Positions 1 to 10,700 of a stretch of DNA of 20,000 nucleotides are shown here, one piece after another. Where the stretch lies: the NCBI GenBank assembly GCA_030704615.1, contig JAKLZA010000187.1:1-20000 (forward strand), given 5' to 3'. Numbering within the stretch: the first letter of the stretch is position 1; every line of letters begins with the position of its first letter. The notes beneath the pieces are model-generated. The model did not search any database. It had not been told where the DNA came from and saw only the letters and a list, made by a program, of their open reading frames with translations. A program made the position numbers and the translations under genes. This DNA comes from Takakia lepidozioides. Taxonomy: Eukaryota; Plantae; Bryophyta.

Positions 1-380
1 AGCTGTGTCAAGCTGTGACTGGCTGTGTGAAACTGTGACGGGCTGTGACTGGTGTGAGACTGTGTGTGGTGGTCGGTGCGTGAACTGGCTGTGTGGCTGT
101 GACGGGCTGTGTCGGCTGTGTTGGCTGATTTTGTCTGCTGTGACGACTGTGACGGGCTGTGTTGGCTGTGTTGGCTGAGGACGACTGTGACGGGCTGTGT
201 TGTTGAGCTGTGTGCGTTGGGCGGGTGTGTCGGCTGTGTCTGCTGTGATGACTGTGACGGGCGGTCTGTGTTGGCTGTTGTTGGCTGTTGTCGGCTGTGA
301 TGATTGTGACGACTGTGACGGGAGGGTTGGGCTGTGTCGGCACTGTGTCTGCTGTGACGACTGTGACGGCTTGTGACGGG
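1..380. repeat. Low-complexity degenerate tandem repeat (GGCTGTG / GACTGTGAC / CTGTGTC units)
   Basis: Continuous short imperfect GT-rich units. The overlapping ORFs are compositionally biased by-products. It may be the internal 3' region of the LTR element ending at 745. Confidence 0.8.
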
Positions 381-553
381 ATGTGTAACCCCCTCTACAG
401 TGCGCTGCTGTCACCCCTAAGGCTCCTGTTGGTCTCAGTCTGGTGCAAAAATTAAGGTACCCTACAATCCCGTATAAAGTGTCTAAGTCCCCGACAGTCC
501 TCTAACAGGCTACCTGGACTTAGAGGGACCTAAGCACTAGCTAGGGGGGCGAT

Positions 554-745
554 TGTGTGGACTAGTGACTGCCATAGTGGCAGCATCATAGTGGCAGCCC
601 TAGTGACTGACTAGTTGTAGCCTAGTGGTTGGACTAGTAGCTCGACTAGTGGTGGCTAGTGGTATACTAGTGGTGGTGTGCACATGTGTTGTGTGTGGTT
701 TTGGACAACGATGTAGTTGTGTAGCGATATGTATGCGCCACGACA
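554..745 (+). mobile_element. Short (~190 bp) LTR of an LTR retrotransposon, preceded by a polypurine tract (probable 3' LTR)
   Basis: Begins TGTGTGG and ends CCACGACA (TG...CA, imperfect inverted ends). Immediately preceded by AGGGGGGCGAT (543-553, PPT-like). A close copy lies in inverted orientation at 19066-19265, and the similarity stops at these boundaries. Confidence 0.65.
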
Positions 746-824
746 GCTGTCAAGTTATTTTACCACTAGTGTGAAACTAGCTAGGAAATAGCTAGTTTTT
801 ACATATTGACATTTGGGATTGGCC

Positions 825-930
825 GAGGTTTACTAATTCATGAGCAGAAACCATGAGCCATGAAGCATGAGCCGCATGAGCCGCATGAGCGGTGAGCCGA
901 AGTCTAAGATACGCGGATTTCATGAGCGGA
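825..930 (+). repeat. Left terminal inverted repeat with subterminal CATGAGC repeats
   Basis: About 6 CATGAGC heptamers (catgagcagaaaccatgagccatgaagcatgagccgcatgagccgcatgagcgg...catgagcgg) mirror the GCTCATG repeats at 16015-16099 and 17755-17840. Confidence 0.75.
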
Positions 931-1719
931 CTCCTCCAAATTGGAAATGCGGCAGATTAAACAAGTATTAAAATAATAGTTTTTTATTTGACCTTGCCGT
1001 TTTGGACGTTCCAGATCATGTAATGCGGCGAAGATATGTCGTCAGTAACAAGTCCGCTCATGGTTTTTTCGATCCGCTCATGGAAATAAGTGACCGTGCA
1101 ACGGGAAATCCAGTATACCACTGCAAAAGGACGTCGCATACTGGCCTGTATAGAGTATTCCGCGGTTTTACATGCCTTAACATTGGAATGAAGCTGACCC
1201 TTTTGCCCGCGATTGAACCAATGGAATCTGCACCAATACAGTCTGCAGTACTTCACAATTCTGTCTTCTTCGGGTATTCGGCGGGAAAGGTTTTGCAACT
1301 GAACTGGGAAATAGGGTCCTGCCGATTAGGGTTTGCACGTGCAAAATTTCGGAGCGTTTGGTGTTGGCGAAGGCCGCCTCTGGGGTACCTACGACGATAC
1401 TTGGAAAGCGGCGCCGCATTTCCTTGTCGGAGGTCGAATGAGGAAAGCAAGTTTTCGGAAAGCAGAAAAACATGAACCCTCCAACATACAAAAATACATG
1501 CACGTGGAAACAATGTGAACGATATAGTAATATCTTAGTTCGAGCAAAACAGGTTACTGGTAGGCAAGACATATGTCGGACCTTTGTGTGGCAGAGTCTG
1601 AGGTACTGGTCAGCACAGTACAGTTCTACTATCCGAAAAGGATGGGCGTACCATTGTATGTGGACCGCAAGCCAAGCTCACTGGTCCCTGGATCCATATT
1701 CAGAAAGAGTGTGAACCTC

Positions 1720-4700
1720 CTAGGGGCTCAACCCTGGTGCATGTATGAAGTGATGAGTTGTGGAATTACAACGGAGTCTCTTTAGGTACAAGTACAAATG
1801 CTTGCAAGGGCAGTATGACCCCTTGTTCGCCATGATCTGGAAGTCGGGCATGCAATTGCAGTGGGTAATTCTGAAAATGGTGATGGTGTACACCTCATTG
1901 CGAACAGCTGAGCCCGCCGTGGCCATCTGATACACACGCCCGAATCCTGGTGGGGGCACTTCTGTCGAGCTCTGGATTGTACAGTTCATCCGAAGTGCAT
2001 TCCCCATCCTTGTCTCGTTCACTTTTGAGGGAGGGTCGCGCCTCTTCGGTTTCCCCCAACTTGTGTGTAGGATGCTTTAGAGCTGTCGTGTCCCATTGTT
2101 CTTGCTCTCACAGGGTCGGTGGTGGTGGAGGCTGTGGAAGCGGAAATGGTTGTCTGGGACGTCAGTGCGCTGCACCATCCGAAATCCTGCGGGGCGTAAG
2201 GGCGTCGGTCTCAACCTGACTCAGATCGCAGCCTGGTTCCACCGGCCACACCGGGGGAGCCTCTGGCATTGTTTGTATGCCGTACTTGGGCTTTCCATAC
2301 ACGCAAGTCATAATGTCGTGCCTGCAGAACCAGAACTGGGTGTTGTTTTTCGCCTCCGCAAAACTTTGCATGGACAATCTTCCTGTAAAAGTAGGAGAGG
2401 GACAGCCCCATCTGGATTCCTCCTTATCATCTCTAAACAACGTTGTCGTGTATCCACACGAATTGCGGAACACCTTCCTCGAAACGACGGCTTGTGCGAG
2501 CAATTCTCACTGTGATGCAGACACAGTCGTCTCCACAATGGCTTGGCCATACTGCATAACAGCGGGCGGAATGTGGGGCAAGGGACGGTGGCGGATGGGA
2601 ATTTGTTGCACGAAATCCCCGGTTGAAGGCGACGGCGATCTGGAATTTCTTGGGCTTCCACTGCTGGAAGACACATTGTGCGGCAACATGACGGGACATC
2701 GAGGTGCTGTCCGAATGTTCATGTCGGATCTCCAGGAATTCTCTTCGCACCCGGGTTCCTCGTTCAATCCTCCGCCTGACACGGGCGAGTCCGGATGTCC
2801 CCCTTCTAGGTGTTCACCTCTGCGGTGCAGAGGCGTCCCTTTGATCTTCTCTCCGCTATGGGTAGTCCCATTCCTCCCTGTCCGGCCCAAAGCCCCATTG
2901 TTTGCCGCTCAGGAACTTGTAGTACGGGCTTGCTGCATGATTGCTCTGTCGATGTCCTCCGTTGTGGCCGTGACTACGTCCACCAGATGTGCGGCAGAAG
3001 ACGCTCGCCAGGAGGAGTGGACCGATTCTGCCATATTCGTGTTCGGCATGTCCGTGTCGGAATCCAAGCACCGCTCCTAGAAGGACACAAACAATGGTGA
3101 GGGACCAATCGAAATGTCCGTAACAGAAAGACAAATGAACGAAATTGACAGCAGCCTACCTCCCGCATGTACTGTCCGAACTTCGATACCGAAAATGCCA
3201 CCCACCCCACCCAGCTGTGCAATGCTCCAGATTGGTTGTCTCCACTGCACCTGACGTGTTCCACCAAGCCTCGATGATAGCAAACTTAACCTCCGCGTCA
3301 TCAAATGTGGTGCATCCTTCCACGCCGTACAAAGGACACGGTGTTCAGCCTGGAATGAGCTAGCAACAAATTGGTAGTGTAGTGGGATAGACTCTGCATC
3401 CAATGGAATCCACAGGATCTCTCTTTCCCCTCCATTGGAACATTGGGGTCCTCACCGTACACACCGCCGCACCGCTGCCCAGTTGGCCTGAGCGTTGTCT
3501 GCCATGAATCCCCTGAAATTGGGCTCTGGCAATCCCGCCCTTGCCATCTGCTCGTTTATGCCCTCCCACAGATGCATCTCGGACTGTGTGTCCTCCCTTT
3601 CATCTCGCAGATTGCAATCGTCATGAGCCTCTTGGAGTGATAGTCATAAACATGCGCACCCATAGTCACCCACTGATGGTTTGTAATTCGCTTGATGTGA
3701 TCAAACATCACCCAAGCATTCGACAAGTTTCCAGTTGTCATGCGAGTGACCAAGTCGACTCCACTCCCAGGCCCACACGTCGACATTTTGAAAATGTAAC
3801 AACGATCGGATTCGCTGCCTTGCCCTGGAAACTGCTACCTTGGATGTAGTCATATCCAGTCATTCGTTTTCACCTCCAGGATTGAGTACATGTCCGACCC
3901 CCTGCCGAACTCCTGCTTGCAAGATACGATGTGATTCCGCACATTCGGACTACAAACGTGCGAGACGGACTCCAAGAGGTCACGCATCTCGTCTTCGGTC
4001 AAGGGCTCTCGGTCGGAACCATCTTCAGACATGATTTTGCCAAGAGCAATCTTGTGAGCTGCCTTCAGCTGAATCTGCTTTGGTCTGGCTCCGGGCTTCA
4101 ATTTCACCTCCTCTCTTTTATGATGTCGTGTGCTTCCTGCACAGCCTCACGCATGTTGCCTCTCGCCAAGGGGTGGCAGTGGACCCCAACGTGTATGCAA
4201 GCTCTAGTCAAGTCCGGGAGCAAATGGATAACGTAGTATTGCTTGGCTCTGCACATGGACATGCACGTCGGTGGTTCTTTGCAATGTGCACACTTGAAAG
4301 AACCCGCAGGAGCTTGGCTGGAGACAATGAATGGATGATGCGTTGTGCCAGTCCAATCCGTCTCGTTTCTCCCGCCCTCCTTGGAGAGAAAGTGGAAGCA
4401 GGTGGGATTGAGGCACCTCAGCTTCCCCGCACAGAGGACATATCGTACACGAACACCATCAGCAATTTTCGTGCTACTGGTCTTCGTCACACACCAGGGG
4501 TGTCCGTCATGCTTTTGATCCATGTCTGTTAACATCCCGGAGGCTTGTTTGACGAAGAAACAGGTGGAAACTCGAAGATGACATTGCCATCGACTTTGGG
4601 AGGCAGAACGTTACCTTTCTGACTGGGAATTTGGCATAGTCGAGAGCAGCCAGCTCGGAGCGAGAACCATCGAGGTGATGTTGTCGTAGGAGCTGCACAA

Positions 4701-5037
4701 TGGACCGGGTTGGAGTTATGCTCGAGGGCACATGCGTAGCACCTACAGAGACGTCCATGCCGGATTTGAACGACCGTGTGGAGGACATGGGTACCTCAAT
4801 GCAATCATCTTCCGTGTCGGAAATGTCGAATACGTCCACACGAGAAGCTATGGAGGGTCTTGACGGTCCAGGTCGGGAATGATTATCGTTGCATACCTCT
4901 CTGTGGCAGTGGCCGCCTCTCGGTTCCGGACTCCTTTGTGGATGGTGTGGGCAGCGACTGATTCGGAAAGGAATGGGCATTCCCACGCTCGGTACAGGAT
5001 GGTGTCTGACGGGGGAACGTGCCATTCGATTCCGCAA
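1720..5037 (-). CDS. MULE-family DDE transposase with N-terminal GCM/WRKY-like zinc finger and C-terminal SWIM finger (multiple frameshifts in this sequence; 5' start uncertain, possibly up to ~5400)
   Basis: Stitched frames give DGHPW...CAGKLRCLNPTC...CAHC...C...HVGVHCHP (GCM-like, 4104-4535). Catalytic motifs follow: WVMFDH (D1, 3700-3702), GFMADNAQANW (D2, 3497-3499), ERSCGFHW (MULE CxxH, ~3405-3415) and PNTNMAESVHSSW (E, 3026-3028). SWIM is CNC..DF...CPCKHLY (~1795-1865). One GT-AG intron at 3159-3077. Reading past the TAG at 1720 would extend the gene to 1678. Confidence 0.85.
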
Positions 5038-5673
5038 CCTCCGTCGTTACCTAGCACGACAATGGTCTCGTCAACCTGTCCAGGAACATCCTTCTTTCTT
5101 CTTCCAAATAAACTGTGCCGGTTTGAGCTTGAATTTGGAACAAAGGTAAGTTTCAGTCACTCTTGCAAAGTCCTCCCTCGTTTGGGATCCAGGCTCTCCC
5201 AAGTTGCGGAGGACAGCAAACTATAGCGTAGGAATTCGGAGCCATCGAACACCGCACGAGTTGGCAAGTGCGAGGTTCAGTATAGCGACAGACCAAGGCT
5301 CACAGGCACCATCTAAGTGGATCTGCGGAGTCCATCGACAAGATTGGAGTCGCACATTGAAGTGGAAAGTATTGTTTCAAGCTACATGCATGAAGGTGGG
5401 AGGTTTGATTCCATAGCCAGTGAGTATGGACAATGATGGCCGATTCGGCGACAAATAACATCTCCTGACATTTCCCTGAGGGTGGATCCAGCAGTATTCT
5501 CGGTGCAGACAGGAACGTTCGCACTGACAAGTGCCAGGACTGCTGGTTAAAACGGTCAGACAACCAAGTTGTGCTCATCAAGACTGGCCGCAATTGTGTT
5601 TGTTTCGGAACAATCAACCCATTGAGTTCCAGATTTCCCGTCCCCGAGTGATTTCTTTCGATTGCTGGTGGAC

Positions 5674-7330
5674 GGAAATACGGCGCCGCATTTCCGTATT
5701 GCATCTTGGGTCATGCACCAGAGCGACGGAAATGCGGCACCGAGTTTCCGTCCGGGGGAAACCTTTATACTCTCCAGAACGGAAATGCGGTAACGCATTT
5801 CCATCCAGCAAGCACGGTAATGTGAAGGTCGAACGGAAATGCGGTACCGCATTTCCGTTCTGATTGAGATTTATGAACAACGGGAACAGAAATGCGGCAA
5901 GCCGCATTTCCGTCCGAGTTGCACTTTTCGACATTCAGAACGGAAAAGCGCCGCCGCATTTCCATTTTGTATCTGATGCATGGAGCTGAGGATTGAAATG
6001 CTGCAGCACATTTCCGTCCTTAAAAAGACATTCATACTCTCCAGAACGGAAATGCGGTACCGCATTTTCATTCAACAAGCACGGTATGTGAAGGTGGAAC
6101 GGAAATGCGGTAACCGCATTTCCGTTCTGATTGAGATTTACGAACAACGGAACAGAAATGCGGCACCGCATTTCCGTCCGAGTCGCACTTTTCGACATTC
6201 CAGAAGGAATGCGGCGCCGCATTTCCATTTTGTATCTGATGCCTGGAGCGAGTAAGATTCCGACAGCTTCATACAGCGTAATTCCGACCGCTTGAGACAT
6301 TCATACTATCCAGAACGGAAATGCGGCAACGCATTTCCGTTCTGACTGAAAATCGTGAACCATCTGAACTAAAATGCTGCACCGTATTTCCAACCTCCGA
6401 GTCGCACCTACCACATTCCAGAACGGAAATGCGGGAACCGCATTTCCGTTCTGACTGAAAATCGTGAACCGTCGGAACTGAAATGCGGCAAACGCATTTC
6501 CATCCGAGTCTCACCTCCCAACATTCCAGAACGGAATGTTTTAGATTCAAAAGGGAAAAATGCGGCACCGCATTTCCGTTCTGATGAAATATCCTGAAAC
6601 CACCACTCGGAACTGAAATTGCGGTACCGCATTTCCGTTGGAGTCCCAACTTCCGACATTCCAAAACGGAAATGCGCGCCGCATTTCCGTTTTGTATGTT
6701 AGGCATGGAGCTGTGGAACGAAAATGCGCACGGCATTCCGCCAGCGTCAGACGTTAATCCTCTACAGAACGAAATGCGGTACCGCATTTCCATTCTGACT
6801 GAAAATCGTGCGCACGGGAACAGAAATCAATCCGGCACCGCATTTCCGTTCGAGTCGCAACCTTCCGACATTCTAGAACGGAAATGCGGCGACCGCATTT
6901 CCGTTTTGTATATTGGGCCTGGAGCTGTGCTACAATGTGTAGCCGCATTTCCATCCATGTGAGACCTTCAAACTTTCCGGACCGGAAATGCGGCACCGCA
7001 TTTCTGTCCAGTGATAGACCTCTATACTTTCCCGAACGGAAATTGGCACGGCATTTCTTCACATCTAACGGATTGAAGTGGGAACGGAAATGCGGTACAA
7101 CCCGCATTTCTTTCCCATGAAATCAGAACCACGGGAACTGAAAATGTGGTGCCTCATTCCGTCCAATCGCAACCTTTCGACATTCCAGAACGGAAATGCG
7201 GCGCCGCATTTTCTTCCAACAAGTACGGATGTGTAGCTTCGTGATGGTACTTAACGGAAATGCGGCGCCGCATTCGCATTTTCGCTCCAACTCATCAGAC
7301 GCTGGGACGGAAATGCCTTGAAATGTGAAC
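5674..7330. repeat. Phased array of ~30 palindromes GGAAATGCGG-YR-CCGCATTTCC, ~53-bp period, in the divergent intergenic region
   Basis: Copies start at about 5674, 5728, 5781, 5835, 5888, 5942, 5994, 6048, 6101, 6154, 6206 and continue to ~7256. Spacers are ~31 bp and fall into a few related classes. A ~268-bp five-unit higher-order duplication is visible (5768-6035 vs 6036-~6300). Confidence 0.95.
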
Positions 7331-7713
7331 ACGTGGAGCAACGGAATTGCTGCACATGTCGGCACTCTATCTGACTGAAGGGGCATGAGGCGGCGCGGCC
7401 TGACCGTTGGATAATGATGTTTGTTTTTCGGACGGCAGGCGTACCCTGAACGATTCGAATTTCGTAATGACGCAAACTCCACGAGGAGACACTTTCGTCC
7501 AACCCTTTCGAACCCAAGTGGTGCATCACCGCCGTTTCATCTACTTTTGTCGTGTCTCCTCAGTCACCCCTCTCGCGCCCTTTCCATCTGCACTCTTTGC
7601 CCCTTTTCCCTCTCTCTGTTCTTCTTATGCTCGAACCTGAGAGGGGGGGAGTTCGTGCACCAGACAGGAGACCTCGTCGCAAGCTCCGGAAATTATACTT
7701 CGGACGTAGGCCA

Positions 7714-10700
7714 ATGCCGAAGGGGAGGAAGCAGATGCGTCTACAGGAGGAGATTGCCATCTCCGAGCAGCAGGCCACTCAGGCAACCCAGCCACCAGTG
7801 AGAGCTCCATGCGATCGGGCTGCGCGCAGCTGATCGAGCACCGAACCCCCCATTTTGCTTCTGTAATTCTTAGACTGAATGCTAGGAGACTTGAATGCAG
7901 AACATGTTTGCATGCCTAACAGGAAAGGTGGACGTGCTGGAGGGATCGCAGGAATCCGAAGAGCCGCAGGAAGAGTCCGAGGAGCTAGCTGCAGCACGTA
8001 CACCCACCCGATCCCCGAGCGCGGGTATTCCTGCCGGGCCTAGCCCTCTGCGATTCAAAGACGCGTCTTCGAAGGGCAAGTTCAAAGTCCCAGAGATCGA
8101 CTCGCGTTCTTCGGTCATGGAGAATCGCCAGCAGGGGTCGGGCCCTTCTCCAGCAAAGTCGAAGAAGAAGCAGCCCGTCCCTCTACTGGCTTCTGAACCG
8201 GCTCAGGCCGATTCACCCCCCCCAACGCGAATGAAGCAGCAGGGTAGAAGACAGATTCAATTGCAGCAGACACCTTCACCTGCAAGGATGAGGAAGCAGA
8301 AGGCAATCAGGGCGACGGGCGAACAATCTCCCGCAAAACCGCTTCCACGAGCTGAAGCTCAGTTCCTGGAGGATTTCCCGCCTGCAGATGTTGGGGCCGA
8401 CTCTGCTGCAGCGAAGGCAATGGGATCGACCGTTGATCTCGATTTGGTACCGGAGGAGGGTGCTGCCGCTCAACGTTCGCAGCAAGACCTCACCACCGAT
8501 GAGCAAGCAGGCCCGGAGGAGGCCTCTGCAATGGCAGAATTGCCCGCAGACAGGCCCCAGAGTGCAGCTCCAGTTGAGGATGCTCCAGCTGCTCAGCCAC
8601 TACCGGCACCTACAGACATGTCTCCGGAGGATTTCAAAAGTGCAGCGGATAAAATGTTGGAGGAGACACACAGTAGCATTGGCAGAGTTCTGGGCAGCAG
8701 GGTATTCCAGCGGACTCTTCGAATCCCACTCTGTCGCATGGTCTCCCTTCCCATCGTCAGGCAGGCCCTTCCCGGAGATGTGGATAAGCTCAAGTTCGCA
8801 TTTCGAGAAGGGTACCGTCTGGGATCGGCAGCGTTTTACGTTTCCATTGAGAATGAGGACGGCGAAACTCGTGGACCCACTGCCGATGAATTGTCAACGT
8901 GGGATACCCACTGGCACACTCGCAACACGAATTCGAGGCGACGCTGAAGGGTGATCCGACTTCGGCCATATGTCGGGTAAAATGTTCTTTGTGTGGGACG
9001 GGAATCACCGACTTCTCGCCTGGTGGGAGTACATCAAGCAGAACCATGCCAAGCACATTGGCTGGCATTACATGGTGGAGTGTGTCATCCTCAAGGTGAA
9101 GGCGGCAGACTCCTCCCTGCTCAAGAATGCCATGGCGGACCTCAACTCGTAAGATACTCATACCCTCCCTAGCACGTTCGAAATGCGGTGCCGCATTTCG
9201 GTTTCCATTCTGGTTTGTTTCCGTGCTTCCGTGTACTGAACTGGAGAGTGTGCCTTGCAGGGTCACTGAGAATGCGTACGTGCATACCCACATGGCACAT
9301 ATGCTGTACAGGGTGAGGAAAACTGGTCTCACTGATCCGCAGATGTTTGCGGAAATGCTGGAGCCCGAGCTCATTCAGAAAGCCGTTGCAAAAACAGACC
9401 GGACATGGTATCGTCTCACTATGGATGGAATGGTGGAGGTGATATACGAAGTAAGTCGTCCTCCAATTTCCCTCTGCTCATCCTTCCCCAATTTTCAGTA
9501 ATGTTTCCACATGAATCGAATGTAACGCTTCTGCATGTTTTTGTTGGCAGTCAAACATCAAGCTGGATTTGGCCCATGCCAAACGCTTCTTCATGGAAAG
9601 TGAGGGGCAGGTCAAAACGTTGCAGTCATTGACTGAGCACTTGAAGGAAGCCGGTGTCAAGTCCAGAACCAAATACAAGTCAAAGCTTGTGAAGCTGGTG
9701 GCAATTGCAGATCCGGCACTTGGAAAGGACTTCATCCCCGAGATTGCAAAACACTATTCTCGGGCCATGCAGCCGACCATGCAATTGGAGAAACTGCATC
9801 ACCTCTCAACGGCATGTGTGGAGGCGAAAGAGAAGGTGAGGTTTCAATGCACTGAAGTTCCTTCCTAGCAATAGCCACTCTCTTCCAGCTCCTGACATTG
9901 GATCGGAAATGGCAGACACGGTGGCTGTCGATCTGGAATGCATCCGAGAGCATAAGGACAATGTGGTCTTTTCCACTCGAAGTTTCCGACCCTGCAGTGG
10001 ATGTGTGGCTCAACCGTATGACTTGGTGGTTCCAGGTAATTCAAGGTACTTCCCCAGATTTGCTTTTCTGACATGAATTCCCTGAACTGCTACGTGACAA
10101 TGCATTTGGGAATCGCAGGTAATGTCGAATGCGAAGGAGCAAGTCGTAATGCACACAAATTCGTTCGGCTTGTACGTCAAATGGGATGGAACACAGACAT
10201 TGGAAGACTACGTGACACGTTTCAGATGTGCGTACAAGGACAACCTTTTCGCCAGAGAGCTACAGACAGCAAGAAGGAGCGTGGAGTTTACACATCAGGA
10301 GGGAGCGGGGAAAGCTGCAATGCGAATTGTTTACAGGTGAAGCACAGCTGCCCTTGTATGCGAAGCCTGGTTACGAGGTTTGTCTCGGAAATGCGGCACC
10401 GCATTCGCATTTTATGTTTTCGGTGGCACTCTGCAGTAGGTTGGTCTCAACTTTTGCTCACGCATGCTGACTGCCTTGCAGGTATATGAAATACGTGCTC
10501 CTTCAGACAGGGGCCCTGGCTCAAGAGCCCCCGTTCTTCATGGCTTGGACCGTGGCGGGCCCAAGCTGTGTCTACACACCCGAGATGCAGAAACAATGGC
10601 ATCCCGCGCATCTCGTTGGATGCCCGTGGTACCTGGACATGTCTGGCGGTATTGTTGACGAGTCTGAGAAAGATCTGCACGCCTTGGCAGAAGAGAAGAG

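Noticed and set aside
8-343. Thr/Gln/His-rich and Cys-rich ORFs
   Set aside because: Products of the simple repeat.
2277-3080. 267-aa plus-strand ORF and other plus-strand ORFs in 1000-5400
   Set aside because: They are antisense shadows of, or lie just downstream of, the minus-strand transposase and have no recognisable motifs.
5674-7330. CRISPR array (22-bp palindromic repeat with ~31-bp spacers at a constant period)
   Set aside because: Spacers are related to one another and recur in a ~268-bp higher-order unit, and the repeats are degenerate. The same motif occurs singly in introns, there are no cas genes, and the context is eukaryotic.
5531-7529. Many short ORFs with EMRxRIS / KCGxAF / GNAxPHF repeats
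   Set aside because: These are translations of the palindrome in all frames and on both strands, with no independent coding evidence. The same applies to 12797-13731.
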